64,000 bases of DNA from Candidatus Kapaibacterium sp. (GCA_018882895.1 VERF01000006.1:45-64044); one strand, 5' to 3'. Counted from the first letter of the stretch, positions 20,677-30,201 are shown. Notes: generated by a model from the letters alone, not told the origin. Numbers and translations are program-made.

Positions 20677-21369
20677 ATGACCACGGAAGAATTCCTCCAG
20701 AAGCTCGACGAGATCGTCTCCGAGCGCCACATGCTTCAACATCCTTTCTACATCATGTGGAACGAGGGTGCACTTACCCTTGAGATGCTCCGAGAGTATG
20801 CCAAGGAATACTACCACCAAGTCCACCTCTTCCCAACGTACGTAAGCGCTACGCATGCGAACTGCGACGATATGGAAGTGCGCCAAATGCTTCTCGAGAA
20901 TCTGATCGAAGAGGAGCACGGTCCGGACAACCATCCGGAGCTGTGGCTGCGCTTTGGCGGTGCACTCGGTGTGAGCCGTGAAGAAATGAAGGATCGCCGC
21001 TACCTGCCGCATACGCGCGAATCCGTGCGTATCCTCAAGGAACTGGCAGGACGCAAGAACGCATACGAAGGCCTTGCCGCGCTGTATGCGTACGAGTCAC
21101 AGATCCCCGAGATTTCGACCACCAAGATCGCCGGACTGAAGAAGTGGTATGATCTCGACACCAAGGATGCCCTCGAGTTCTTCGCAGTTCACGAGCATGC
21201 CGACGAGATCCATCGTACGGTAACACGCGAAGCACTGGTGCGCATGTGTGAAACAGACGACCAGAAGCAAGCCGCACTCGACTCAGCTCGTGAAGCAGCC
21301 GATGCATTCAATCTGTTGCTCGACGGTGTCTATAACACCTGGTGCGCGGAAAAGGCTGCCCTTAACTGA
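20677..21369 (+). CDS. CADD-family heme-oxygenase-like dimetal oxidase (putative self-sacrificing pABA synthase)
   Basis: LQHPFY..W..G.LT...L..YAKEYY, LLENLIEEE...NHPELW, LYAYESQIP...TKI.GL, FFAVHEHADEIH. Confidence 0.85.
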   Translation: MTTEEFLQKLDEIVSERHMLQHPFYIMWNEGALTLEMLREYAKEYYHQVHLFPTYVSATHANCDDMEVRQMLLENLIEEEHGPDNHPELWLRFGGALGVSREEMKDRRYLPHTRESVRILKELAGRKNAYEGLAALYAYESQIPEISTTKIAGLKKWYDLDTKDALEFFAVHEHADEIHRTVTREALVRMCETDDQKQAALDSAREAADAFNLLLDGVYNTWCAEKAALN

Positions 21370-21384
21370 TCCGTTACTGACGCG

Positions 21385-22293
21385 ATGTGCCGCTTCGTTG
21401 CCTATATCGGCCCATCAATCCTGGCTGATGATCTGCTCTACAAGCCGAAGTATTCGCTTGTTACAGCGCAGACCATGAACGCCGGAGAGATGTCTGTATC
21501 CGTCAATGGAGATGGCTTCGGAATCGGATTCTATGCGCCAGAGCTCGACAACGAGCCGTGTGTGTTCAGGAGCATAAAGCCGGCCTGGAGTGACAACAAC
21601 CTCAAGAGTCTGGCCAAAAAGATCCATTCACCATGCATGTTTGCCCATGTCCGTGCGGCATCGCCGGGCATGGCCGTTGAAGAGCTGAACTCGCATCCGT
21701 TTGCCTGTGGCAACCTGATGTTCATGCATAATGGGGTGGTAGGGGGCTTCAAGCAGATTCGTCGGAAGCTGCTTCGAATGCTCAACGATACTGCGTATGA
21801 CGCCATTCAGGGCAGCACGGATTCCGAGCACCTTTTCGGTCTCGTGCTGAATCATATCGCAAATCCGTATGGGCACGTCACCTGCGAAGAGCTCGTTGCC
21901 GCGATGCACGGGATGTTCGCGGACCTGAACACGCTGCTAATGGATTCGGATGTGCGTCAGCACTCGTATCTCAACCTTGCCGTCACCAACGGCACATGTT
22001 TGATTAGTGTGCGATACACGACCAATCCGAATGTGCAGCCAGCCTCGCTCTACTACATGCATGGTCGTGAGTATCGATGCGCAGGCGATAACTGCACAAT
22101 GGAGCAGGCATATGGTAAGCCGAGCGCGATCGTGGTGGCCTCCGAGCCATTCACGGCGCGGCGCTCAGACTGGATGAAGATGGAACGCAATGCCATGATG
22201 GTGGTGGACGAGACGATGACGATCACCTTCCATCACGTTGAAATGGACGTTGAAAAACTGGATTTTGAGACAATAGCCCCGGAAATCGGATGA
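21385..22293 (+). CDS. Class II glutamine amidotransferase (EgtC/Dug3/YafJ-like Ntn hydrolase)
   Basis: N-terminal nucleophile MCRF; NGDGFGIG, AHVRAAS, NSHPF, FMHNG, GSTDSE, VASEP. Confidence 0.9.
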   Translation: MCRFVAYIGPSILADDLLYKPKYSLVTAQTMNAGEMSVSVNGDGFGIGFYAPELDNEPCVFRSIKPAWSDNNLKSLAKKIHSPCMFAHVRAASPGMAVEELNSHPFACGNLMFMHNGVVGGFKQIRRKLLRMLNDTAYDAIQGSTDSEHLFGLVLNHIANPYGHVTCEELVAAMHGMFADLNTLLMDSDVRQHSYLNLAVTNGTCLISVRYTTNPNVQPASLYYMHGREYRCAGDNCTMEQAYGKPSAIVVASEPFTARRSDWMKMERNAMMVVDETMTITFHHVEMDVEKLDFETIAPEIG

Positions 22294-24250
22294 ACTACGC
22301 TCTGATACCACTTTTCCCGCTGATCGGGTTCGTTATCGTCGCTCTCTTCGGAAAGCGCATCAACAACGAAAAGGTCACGGGTTCGATCGCAAGCGCAGCC
22401 GTGTTGCTGAGTTTCATCATGGCCGTCATGGCGTTCAATGACCTTCGGGCCATCCCGGAGGATGTGCCAGCGGCAGAGCAACGCATCATTGCCCCCGTGT
22501 ATACGTGGATCGCAACGGGCGATTTCTCCGTGAACATCAACTACCAAATTGACCGTCTTTCGATCCTCTTCACGCTGATCATCACGGGCATTGGCTTTTT
22601 GATCCATGTCTATTCGATCGGATACATGCACGGCGATAAGAGCTTCCCGCGCTTCTTCGCCTACTTGAATCTGTTCGTGTTCATGATGCTCAACCTGGTG
22701 CTGGCCGACAACTTGCTCCTGACCTTTCTGGGTTGGGAAGGGGTTGGACTGGCATCTTACCTGCTGATCGGATTCTGGTATGATCGCAAGTTCGAAGGAA
22801 CGAACATTACGTGGACCGGTGACGCGGCCATGAAGGCCTTTGTGGTGAATCGCATCGGCGACTTCGGCGTACTCCTGGCAATGTTCCTACTGTTCACCTC
22901 TGTCGGTAGCCTTTCGTACGCGGACATTCATTCGGCTGCCGTTGCGCAGGATCCTGAACTTGTCTCAAACGTGATGCTCATCACGTTGCTATTGTTCCTC
23001 GGATGTACCGGTAAAAGCGCACAGATTCCGCTTGGCGTGTGGTTGCCTGACGCTATGGCAGGCCCGACACCTGTCTCGGCTCTCATTCATGCAGCCACGA
23101 TGGTCACATCGGGTATCTTCCTCATCGCCCGTACAAACGTGCTCTTCGCAATGTCGCCCACCACGATGGCCGTGGTTGCCGGGATAGGCATCACCACAGC
23201 ACTGTTTGCCGGTCTTGTGGGTCTGGTGCAGAATGACATCAAGAAGGTCCTTGCCTACTCGACTGTTTCGCAGCTTGGATTCATGTTCGTTGCACTCGGC
23301 GTTGGAGCATTCACGGCCGGTGTCTTCCACGTGATGACCCACGCGTTCTTTAAAGCCCTTCTCTTCCTCGGCTCGGGATCTGTCATACACGGAATGCACG
23401 AGGAGCAGGACATTCGCAAGATGGGCGGTCTAAAGAAGTACATGCCCATCACATACCGCACATTCCTTATTGGTACGCTCGCAATTGCCGGTATTCCGTT
23501 CTTCTCGGGGTTCTTTTCCAAAGATGAGATCCTGTTGTATGCTTGGCTCAATGCAGCCCCGTGCTTTGGGGTGTCGGTGTGTTGGCTGCGCTGACAACTG
23601 CCTTCTACATGTGGCGGCTTACCACTCTTACTTTTGGGGGAGCGGAGCGTTTTGATCATCATCATGTTCATCCGCATGAATCACCTGCGACCATGACGGT
23701 GCCGCTTATCATCCTGGCCGTTCTGTCAGCCATCGGCGGTCTTCTCGGTGTGCCGCACGTTCTGGGCCATGCTCTTCACTTCCCGAATCTTCTCGAACAT
23801 TGGCTTGAGCCAATTTTCCGCGATGGCATGGCCCTTCTGCCAAAGCATGAAGGCGACCATACGTCACTCGAGCTGACGCTCATGGCGGTCTCCTCAGTAG
23901 TGGCAGTCATCGGCATCATGTTCGCACGTTCCATCTACAGCAAGGGGATGGACACTGCAGACGCCATCGCCGGCAAGCTTAAGGCCGGTTATAAGCTCCT
24001 GCTCAACAAGTACTACGTCGACGAGATCTACCATCTGCTTGTGGCCGGTCCGATCGTTGCAGCATCACGTGATTTTCTCTGGAAGATTGTCGATGTGCTC
24101 GCCATTGACGGACTCGTCAACGGTTCGGCCCGATCCATGGGAGCTCTCTCGGGTGTTCTGCGTAGAATCCAGAGTGGTGTTGCTCAGAACTATGCTCTGA
24201 TCATGATGGTCGGAATCGTTGTGCTCATCGGCATCGTGCTGATGCCGTGA
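22290..24250 (+). pseudogene. nuoL: NADH-quinone oxidoreductase subunit L split by a 1-nt frameshift (real lesion or sequencing error)
   Basis: YSIGYM, GWEGVGLASYLLIGFW, KSAQIPL..WLPDAMAGPTPVSALIHAATMV, KKVLAYSTVSQLG, THAFFKALLFL; frame changes at AAT-GC-AGC (23550-23557) and NuoL sequence continues (TAFYMWR, PHESP, NKYYVDEIY). Confidence 0.9.
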
Positions 24251-24260
24251 TCGGATTGCT

Positions 24261-24280
24261 TCGCCCCCTTCGGGGGTCGA
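24261..24280 (+). other. C(UUCG)G tetraloop hairpin between nuoL and SRAP
   Basis: TCGCCCCC-TTCG-GGGGTCGA; no U-tract. Confidence 0.4.
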
Positions 24281-24294
24281 ACCTGTTATGATCC

Positions 24295-24999
24295 ATGTGC
24301 TACACGGTTTCAATATTCTCACAGACGCACGTCATTGAGACGGATCTTGGGCAGGTCTTTGAGGATGCCACGGAATTTGTGCCCTACGTGCACGTGTCAG
24401 GCTTTGTCCACCCCGAACTACCAATTGGCGTGGCCGAAGACGGGATTCGAATGATGAGATGGGGCTTGGTGCCGCGGTGGACAAGATCGAGGCAGCAGGC
24501 GGACGAGATGCGAGGCCGCACGCTGAATGCACGGAGTGAGTCGGCGTACGAAAAGCCTTCCTACCGTGATGCAGTTCGCAAACGAAGGGGACTTCTACCC
24601 GTCAACGGATTCATTGAATGGCGTCACGAGGGTAAACTCAAGATCCCTCATATGGTCCGCATGCGAAGCTCAGAGATCTTCACGCTCGGATGTATTTGGG
24701 AAGAATGGGTCGATCCAGAGTCCGGACAGTGTGAAGAGACGTTCTCGATTTTGACAACAGAGGCTAACATCCTCATGTCCCACGTTCACAACTCAGCTAT
24801 GCGAATGCCGGTCGTGATACCGCATCGTGATCGCTCCGCATGGCTTTTGGCTGACGACCGTGAGCAGGTTCAGCCGATGCTGCGCCCGCTGGAGGATGGA
24901 CTGCTTGAAGCGTTCCCGATAACCAGAGAGGTTTCGAAGATTCGCGTCAACACGACTGAGCCTCAGATGATCGAATCGGTTGGTGAGACCGTCGCGTGA
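24295..24999 (+). CDS. SOS response-associated peptidase (SRAP/YedK/HMCES family)
   Basis: N-terminal MC; MRWGLVP.W, NARSE, GFIEW, VHN...RMPV. Confidence 0.9.
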   Translation: MCYTVSIFSQTHVIETDLGQVFEDATEFVPYVHVSGFVHPELPIGVAEDGIRMMRWGLVPRWTRSRQQADEMRGRTLNARSESAYEKPSYRDAVRKRRGLLPVNGFIEWRHEGKLKIPHMVRMRSSEIFTLGCIWEEWVDPESGQCEETFSILTTEANILMSHVHNSAMRMPVVIPHRDRSAWLLADDREQVQPMLRPLEDGLLEAFPITREVSKIRVNTTEPQMIESVGETVA

Positions 25000-25469
25000 T
25001 GAGTGTGTTGATGTTGGCCGTGATGGGGATTGTCTTCTCGGGTATTGAGGAGGTCAACCTGGCTACGCTCCAGTCGAGAATCAATCGATCGAGTGATACA
25101 ACCTATGTGGTGAATTTTTGGGCTACGTGGTGTAAGCCCTGTGTTGAGGAGTTGCCGGCGTTTGAGGCGCTGGCGCGCAAATACGCGGATCAGCCGATGG
25201 TCGTGTTGCTGGTGAGTCTCGATTCACCGGAAGACCGAATGAAGAAGGTTGAGCCATTCATCCGACGCCGTGGATACACACGCAGTCAGGTGGTGGTGCT
25301 GAACGAGCCCAAGCCGCACCTATGGATCGATAGGGTCGATCCTTCGTGGAGTGGTTCGATTCCGGCAACGCTGTTCATCCGCGGCAATCGTCGCTTGTTT
25401 GGTGAGTTTCAGTTCGACGAAGTGAAATTGGATTCAACTTTTCAGTCTTTCAGGAAAGGTTCGCAATGA
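24996..25469 (+). CDS. TlpA-family thiol-disulfide oxidoreductase
   Basis: VVNFWATWCKPCVEELP; WSGSIPAT; start overlaps SRAP stop (GTG 24996 or ATG 24999). Confidence 0.9.
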   Translation: MMSVLMLAVMGIVFSGIEEVNLATLQSRINRSSDTTYVVNFWATWCKPCVEELPAFEALARKYADQPMVVLLVSLDSPEDRMKKVEPFIRRRGYTRSQVVVLNEPKPHLWIDRVDPSWSGSIPATLFIRGNRRLFGEFQFDEVKLDSTFQSFRKGSQ

Positions 25470-26092
25470 GGCTTGATCGAATCAGCCTAATGTCGTTTTT
25501 CTTCTGCGTGTTTATGGCCCTTCAGGTTCAGCACTCAGCTGCGTTTGGGGACGGAGTCGCCGTGGGCGATGTCGCCCCTGACTTCAAGCTCATGAATGTT
25601 GACGGCCGAATGGTGGAGTTGTCGGACTACAAGACAAAGAAGGGTGCTATCATTGTATTCACATGCAATCACTGTCCCTACTCAATCAAGTATGAGGACA
25701 GGATCATCCAGCTACATGAGGCATTTGCCCCCTTGGGATTTCCGGTGATTGCGATCAATCCTAACGATGCAACGAAGGTCCCGGAGGACTCGTTTGAAAA
25801 CATGAAGGTCAGGGCCAGCGAAAAGAAATTCAGGTTCCCGTACCTTGTCGACGAATCACAACAGGTGGCCAAGGCCTACGGCGCCAAGCGCACCCCGCAT
25901 GTATATGTCGTGTTTAACACAGCAGAGGGCCCGTCAGTGCAGTACATCGGGGCGATCGATGATAACGCATCTGATGCTTCTGCCGTAGAGACAAAATTCG
26001 TTCGTGATGCAGTCACATCGCTTATCGATGGCAAGCTGCCCTCGACATCACTTACGAAGGCCATTGGCTGCACAATCAAGTGGAAGAACTAG
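25466..26092 (+). CDS. Exported thioredoxin-fold (AhpC/TSA-like) protein
   Basis: Signal peptide; APDFKL, FTCNHCPY, INPND, YGAKRTP, AIGCTIKW. Confidence 0.9.
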   Translation: MRLDRISLMSFFFCVFMALQVQHSAAFGDGVAVGDVAPDFKLMNVDGRMVELSDYKTKKGAIIVFTCNHCPYSIKYEDRIIQLHEAFAPLGFPVIAINPNDATKVPEDSFENMKVRASEKKFRFPYLVDESQQVAKAYGAKRTPHVYVVFNTAEGPSVQYIGAIDDNASDASAVETKFVRDAVTSLIDGKLPSTSLTKAIGCTIKWKN

Positions 26093-26095
26093 CAA

Positions 26096-27082
26096 ATGAA
26101 TGACAGAGATATGAACCGCCGTCGTGGCGGACGTGGTGGCGGTAAGCCGAACGATGAACGACAGCCGCTGTCGAACGAATCCGCTATCGGCCGCACGGGT
26201 CGGCCACAACGGCCTAGAGGACCAGAACCGGCACGTCCACGTTTCGATGACGAACGGCAACCACTGACAAACGAGAGCCCGTACACGGCACGACGTGGCG
26301 ACGCAGGCCGGGGCGGACCCCGTGATGACCGTCGGGGCGGACCTCGTGATGACCGTCGGGGCGGACCCCGTGATGATCGTCGAAGCGGACCCCGTGATGA
26401 CCGTCGTGGCGGACCCCGTGATGACCGCCGAAGCGGACCTCGTGATGATCGCCGAAGCGGACCTCGCGATGATCGAAGTGGTGCACCGCGTGATGATCGA
26501 CGAAGCGGACCTCGCGATGATCGCCGTGGCGGTCCTCGTGATGACCGTCGTGGTGGACCGCGTGATGATCGCCGTGGCGCACCGCGTGATGACCGTCGTG
26601 GCGCAACGCGTGATGACCGTCGTGGTGCACCGCGTGATGACCGTCGTGGCGGACCTCGTGATGACCGTCGTGGCGGACCAGGCAGAGATCGACGCTCGGA
26701 TAGCCGGCCGCAAGCCGGGCGTGATGGTGGCCAGGAGCGCCGCGCATCGTTCTCCGGTGAGGAGCGCCAGCCCCTTTCCAACGAATCGCCGGCATTGCGT
26801 GGACGATCCGGTGGTGGAGCACGAGGCAGAGGCGGCAACCAGCCACGAGGCAGAGGTGGCAGAGGTGCCGGTCAGGGCAAGGGGCGAGCACAAGGTGGAC
26901 GCGGTGGTTCCGGATTTGGAAATCCGGCCACTAAGCGCAAAGAGAGCGAATTGCGTCGGTCAAAGGCCTATGTATCGGACGCCTTTATCTACCGTGAGAA
27001 TCTCGACGAAGCCAAGCCAACGGAGAGAAAGATGCGAAGTCGGCGAAACAAGCCCTCCGGTGGTGAGGTCCAAGGCGAGTAG
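26096..27082 (+). CDS. Low-complexity Arg/Asp/Gly-rich protein, probably intrinsically disordered
   Basis: ATG 3 nt after upstream stop; repeat variation is largely synonymous in this frame; co-oriented with neighbours. Confidence 0.7.
   Translation: MNDRDMNRRRGGRGGGKPNDERQPLSNESAIGRTGRPQRPRGPEPARPRFDDERQPLTNESPYTARRGDAGRGGPRDDRRGGPRDDRRGGPRDDRRSGPRDDRRGGPRDDRRSGPRDDRRSGPRDDRSGAPRDDRRSGPRDDRRGGPRDDRRGGPRDDRRGAPRDDRRGATRDDRRGAPRDDRRGGPRDDRRGGPGRDRRSDSRPQAGRDGGQERRASFSGEERQPLSNESPALRGRSGGGARGRGGNQPRGRGGRGAGQGKGRAQGGRGGSGFGNPATKRKESELRRSKAYVSDAFIYRENLDEAKPTERKMRSRRNKPSGGEVQGE
26318..26677 (+). repeat. 15 x 24-bp coding tandem repeat encoding PRDDRR(G/S)(G/A)-like units
   Basis: Units such as CCTCGTGATGACCGTCGTGGCGGA repeated head-to-tail without spacers. 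Confidence 0.95.
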
Positions 27083-27121
27083 TAATCACGTTCGAGTTCA
27101 TTAAAGTGTGAGGAGTTGAAC

Positions 27122-28090
27122 ATGAAGGTCGTAGTTAGCTGGACAACCTGTTTGCTTGCAGTATTTCTGATGAGCACGTTTCAATCAAATGCGCAGACGG
27201 CCCAAAAGGATTCTGCGGATGTCATTGACGAGGTCATTGATGATATGCTTGATGACTTCGATGTTGACGATGACTCCAAGGAAGAGCGAAAGGCACGCAG
27301 GCGTCAACTGAGCTCGTCGCGCAAGCCGCGCCTTGCCGCTACGTATGGTCAGGCAATGTTCTCTCGGAGTGGATTTACCGGAGAGACGCATGGTCTGACC
27401 CTTTTTGGAGCGACGATCGGCATGGATCAGTCACGCCCCCTGTTCGTTGACCGTGACATTCTGAAGGTCAAGAACAATGGTCTCTTTGTTCATGTCGGCC
27501 AGAGCGGAAGCATGGCAACAATCGACTCGTCCTATGATGGTGTTCCACTTGCAATGCATACGTCGGCCAACTTCCTGAACGTCGGCTTTGTTGATGAGTC
27601 GGGATATGGATACGTCATCGGCGAGAACTCCTCACTTCGGCTTCTTGTGACCGATCAGTCAACATGGACATCTGTGAGCCCGCAGACATATGGCACCGAT
27701 GTTGGACCTGAACAGTGGCAGCACGTGCGTGACTTCACGGGTACTCTTCGCTTTGGTTCGACCATGGCTCCCACGATCGAGTGGAAGATGGGGTCACTCC
27801 TGAGCATTCGAGCCAACTATACTTGGACGCAGGTGTTGCCTCGGCACATGTTCTGGTACTGGGCCGGTAGCGAACTCATTGAAGGTGTAGCCGACGGGAT
27901 CGCGTCTGCTGTGGTGTCATCGTTCGGGAAGTCTTCGCCGGCATCCTTGCCGGTCATGAATTTCGTGTTGCGCAATGCCATCGCATATGGCTTCAGAGAG
28001 CTAAGGCGTGACAAGATGAACTGGCCGTTCAACACAGCCGCACCCCTGAATATCACGTCGTGGAACGTCGGACTTAGCCTCACCTTTTAA
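27122..28090 (+). CDS. Hypothetical exported protein, probable outer-membrane beta-barrel
   Basis: GAGGAG then ATG; signal peptide; acidic linker; ends WNVGLSLTF. Confidence 0.65.
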   Translation: MKVVVSWTTCLLAVFLMSTFQSNAQTAQKDSADVIDEVIDDMLDDFDVDDDSKEERKARRRQLSSSRKPRLAATYGQAMFSRSGFTGETHGLTLFGATIGMDQSRPLFVDRDILKVKNNGLFVHVGQSGSMATIDSSYDGVPLAMHTSANFLNVGFVDESGYGYVIGENSSLRLLVTDQSTWTSVSPQTYGTDVGPEQWQHVRDFTGTLRFGSTMAPTIEWKMGSLLSIRANYTWTQVLPRHMFWYWAGSELIEGVADGIASAVVSSFGKSSPASLPVMNFVLRNAIAYGFRELRRDKMNWPFNTAAPLNITSWNVGLSLTF

Positions 28091-28097
28091 GGGGCTA

Positions 28098-29318
28098 TTA
28101 CGTCGGATCTATCTCCGTCCGCACAAGATCATCGATGGTCTCTCGGCGCCGAATCGGCAGTATCTCTCCGTCTCGGATGAGGACCTCGGCCGGACGTAGA
28201 CGTCCGTTATAGTTGCTCGCCATCGTGAATCCGTAGGCTCCGGCATTTGAAAATGCCAGGACGTCGCCTTGTCTGATCTCAGCGATCTTTCTGTCCCACG
28301 CAAACGTATCCGTCTCACAGATATAACCCACAACGGAATACACGCGAGGCGTGCCAGCCGGGTTTGAGATGTTTGTGATGTGGTGATACGAGTTATAAAG
28401 CATGGGGCGTATCAGGTGATTGAAACCCGAATCGACTCCTGCAAAAACTGTCGACGTGGTTTGCTTCACAACGTTGACGCGTGTCAGGAATGTACCGGCT
28501 TGGCTCACCAGAAACTTTCCTGGTTCGATCCAGAGGGCTACAGGCTGGCTTCGATTCGCGTTGAATGCCGCAAGACGTTGGCAGAGCTTTGTGGCAAGCT
28601 CCTCTATGTCCGTTGCGATATCGTCCGGCTTGTACGGTACCTTGAACCCGCTTCCGAAATCCACGAACGTCAGATCAGGGAAAGCCTCGGCAGCATTGAA
28701 GAGAAGCTCGGCCCCCTGAAGGAAGACGTCGGCATCGAGAATATCACTGCCTGTATGCATGTGCAGACCATTGATGCACATTCCATGGGAGGCGACGATG
28801 CGCTCGACGTGGCGCAGCTGATGGATAGAGATGCCGAACTTAGAGTCAATATGTCCGGTGCTGATCCGCTCGTTCCCTCCGGCCATAATGTGCGGATTGA
28901 TCCGCACGCACACCGGAATAGTGTTACCAAACGTGCTGCCAAATTGTTCCAGTACGCTGATGGTGTCGATGTTGATCTGCACGCCGATCTTGGCCACGGC
29001 GCTAAGCTCCTCGAAGGAGACCATACTGGGGGTATAGAGAATGCGAGAAGGCTCAAACCCTGCCCGTAGTCCCAACTGTACCTCCTGGATCGAGACCGTG
29101 TCGAGGCCCGTTCCGAGCTCATTCATATAACGAAGGATCGCGCCCGTCGAAAGCGCCTTGCACGCGTACATCACGCGAAGGTCGGCGTCAGCGAAGGCAG
29201 AGGTAAGCCGTTCGAGCTGGTGGCGTATCACGTCAGCACGATAGACATACACAGGGGTTCCAGTCCTCTCAACACACTCCAGTAAGTTCAGGCGCTCTTG
29301 CTCCGACATCTCGGTCAT
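28098..29318 (-). CDS. lysA: Diaminopimelate decarboxylase
   Basis: GTPVYVY, PLP lysine YACKA, SKFG, HMHTGS, EPGKFLV, GYICETD, GAYGFTMASNYN. Confidence 0.95.
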   Translation of the reverse strand: MTEMSEQERLNLLECVERTGTPVYVYRADVIRHQLERLTSAFADADLRVMYACKALSTGAILRYMNELGTGLDTVSIQEVQLGLRAGFEPSRILYTPSMVSFEELSAVAKIGVQINIDTISVLEQFGSTFGNTIPVCVRINPHIMAGGNERISTGHIDSKFGISIHQLRHVERIVASHGMCINGLHMHTGSDILDADVFLQGAELLFNAAEAFPDLTFVDFGSGFKVPYKPDDIATDIEELATKLCQRLAAFNANRSQPVALWIEPGKFLVSQAGTFLTRVNVVKQTTSTVFAGVDSGFNHLIRPMLYNSYHHITNISNPAGTPRVYSVVGYICETDTFAWDRKIAEIRQGDVLAFSNAGAYGFTMASNYNGRLRPAEVLIRDGEILPIRRRETIDDLVRTEIDPT

Positions 29319-29581
29319 TGATTGTCCTGCGGCTTGTCACCACCATAACGTATGACGGCGTAAGGTACAATGACGCAGTAGCCGACGACCAGTACGACGG
29401 GAGCAACGTCTACTGCCAGCGGATTGTCCCACTGTCCAATTCCAGTTGCGAGCAAGAGGAATCCGAGGACGATCGTGGCAACACCGATCCCGAGAACGGT
29501 GTAGTTCATCTTTGTCCATGGGCTCGACCAGCGGACGCCTCCGGTGGCCTTTGTTGTTGTGCGTTTCGTTGGTGCGGGCAT
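29315..29581 (-). CDS. Small two-TM membrane protein (DUF3098-like)
   Basis: KMNY..LGIG...IVLGFLLL and VAPVVLVVGY..IVPYAVI; stop overlaps lysA start. Confidence 0.7.
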   Translation of the reverse strand: MPAPTKRTTTKATGGVRWSSPWTKMNYTVLGIGVATIVLGFLLLATGIGQWDNPLAVDVAPVVLVVGYCVIVPYAVIRYGGDKPQDNQ

Positions 29582-29598
29582 GGGAGGTGTATCCTATT

Positions 29599-29638
29599 AA
29601 AGAAAAACCTGCCTGTGGCCTTTCAGCCGACAGGCAGG
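29599..29638 (-). terminator. Intrinsic terminator downstream of the LuxR-type gene
   Basis: Minus strand CCTGCCTGTCGGC-TGAAAG-GCCACAGGCAGG followed by TTTTTCTTT. Confidence 0.75.
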
Positions 29639-29682
29639 ACGAATCTACAAAGAATCCGATGACGACTGAAGCTACGCCGAAC

Positions 29683-30201
29683 TCAAACCCGTGACGCCAG
29701 AAACATCGTCAGGCTCTCGTGTGGTGAAAGATGAAACTTCTTTCGCATACGCTCTCTATGCTTTTCGACGCTACGAACAGAGCATGAGAACAGAGACGCA
29801 ATCTCTTTCGAGGGCATTGGCAAACGCAGAAACGCAGCCATACGAAGCTCAGTCGGAGTCAGCGTCGGAAAATCCTGGGCGAGCCTTCGCAGGTAGCCAT
29901 CGTGCATTGAATCCATGATGTGCTCAACGTGAGCAAGGCCATCAGATTCCAGGGCCTCTCCAACCTCTCGCTGCAGTCGCTTTGCTGTCATTCGATGTTC
30001 GGGAGGTAGGACGGACTCCATTTTGGCAAGGTCTTCTGCGACGTGCTTCAGGACGCCGGTGTAGCGCATCTCGCGGAGCATTGAAGTACGCGACATCTGT
30101 TGATCGACTGGTGGCAGCATCACCGGATCTATCGGTGGGTTTGGGATAGTACGCATTATCGTCGTTCCTTTCATGAATGGTGATGAATTGTCATCGGCCA
30201 T
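29683..30201 (-). CDS. LuxR-type HTH transcriptional regulator without receiver domain
   Basis: C-terminal FPTLTPTELRMAAFLRL...SKEIASLF..SVRSVEKHRERMRKKF. Confidence 0.8.
   Translation of the reverse strand: MADDNSSPFMKGTTIMRTIPNPPIDPVMLPPVDQQMSRTSMLREMRYTGVLKHVAEDLAKMESVLPPEHRMTAKRLQREVGEALESDGLAHVEHIMDSMHDGYLRRLAQDFPTLTPTELRMAAFLRLPMPSKEIASLFSCSVRSVEKHRERMRKKFHLSPHESLTMFLASRV

Noticed and set aside
23540-23600. Programmed ribosomal frameshift in nuoL
   Set aside because: No slippery heptamer or homopolymer at the junction, and I know of no precedent in nuoL.
26318-26677. 24-bp repeats as a CRISPR array
   Set aside because: Units are contiguous with no unique spacers, vary mostly at synonymous positions, and no cas genes are present.
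26048-27104. Alternative-frame and antisense repeat ORFs (His-rich HHAVHHDG, RRSSRGPP, TVITR, VMTVV)
   Set aside because: Shadows of a stop-free 24-bp repeat; the PRDDRRGG frame best conserves the peptide and fits the operon spacing.
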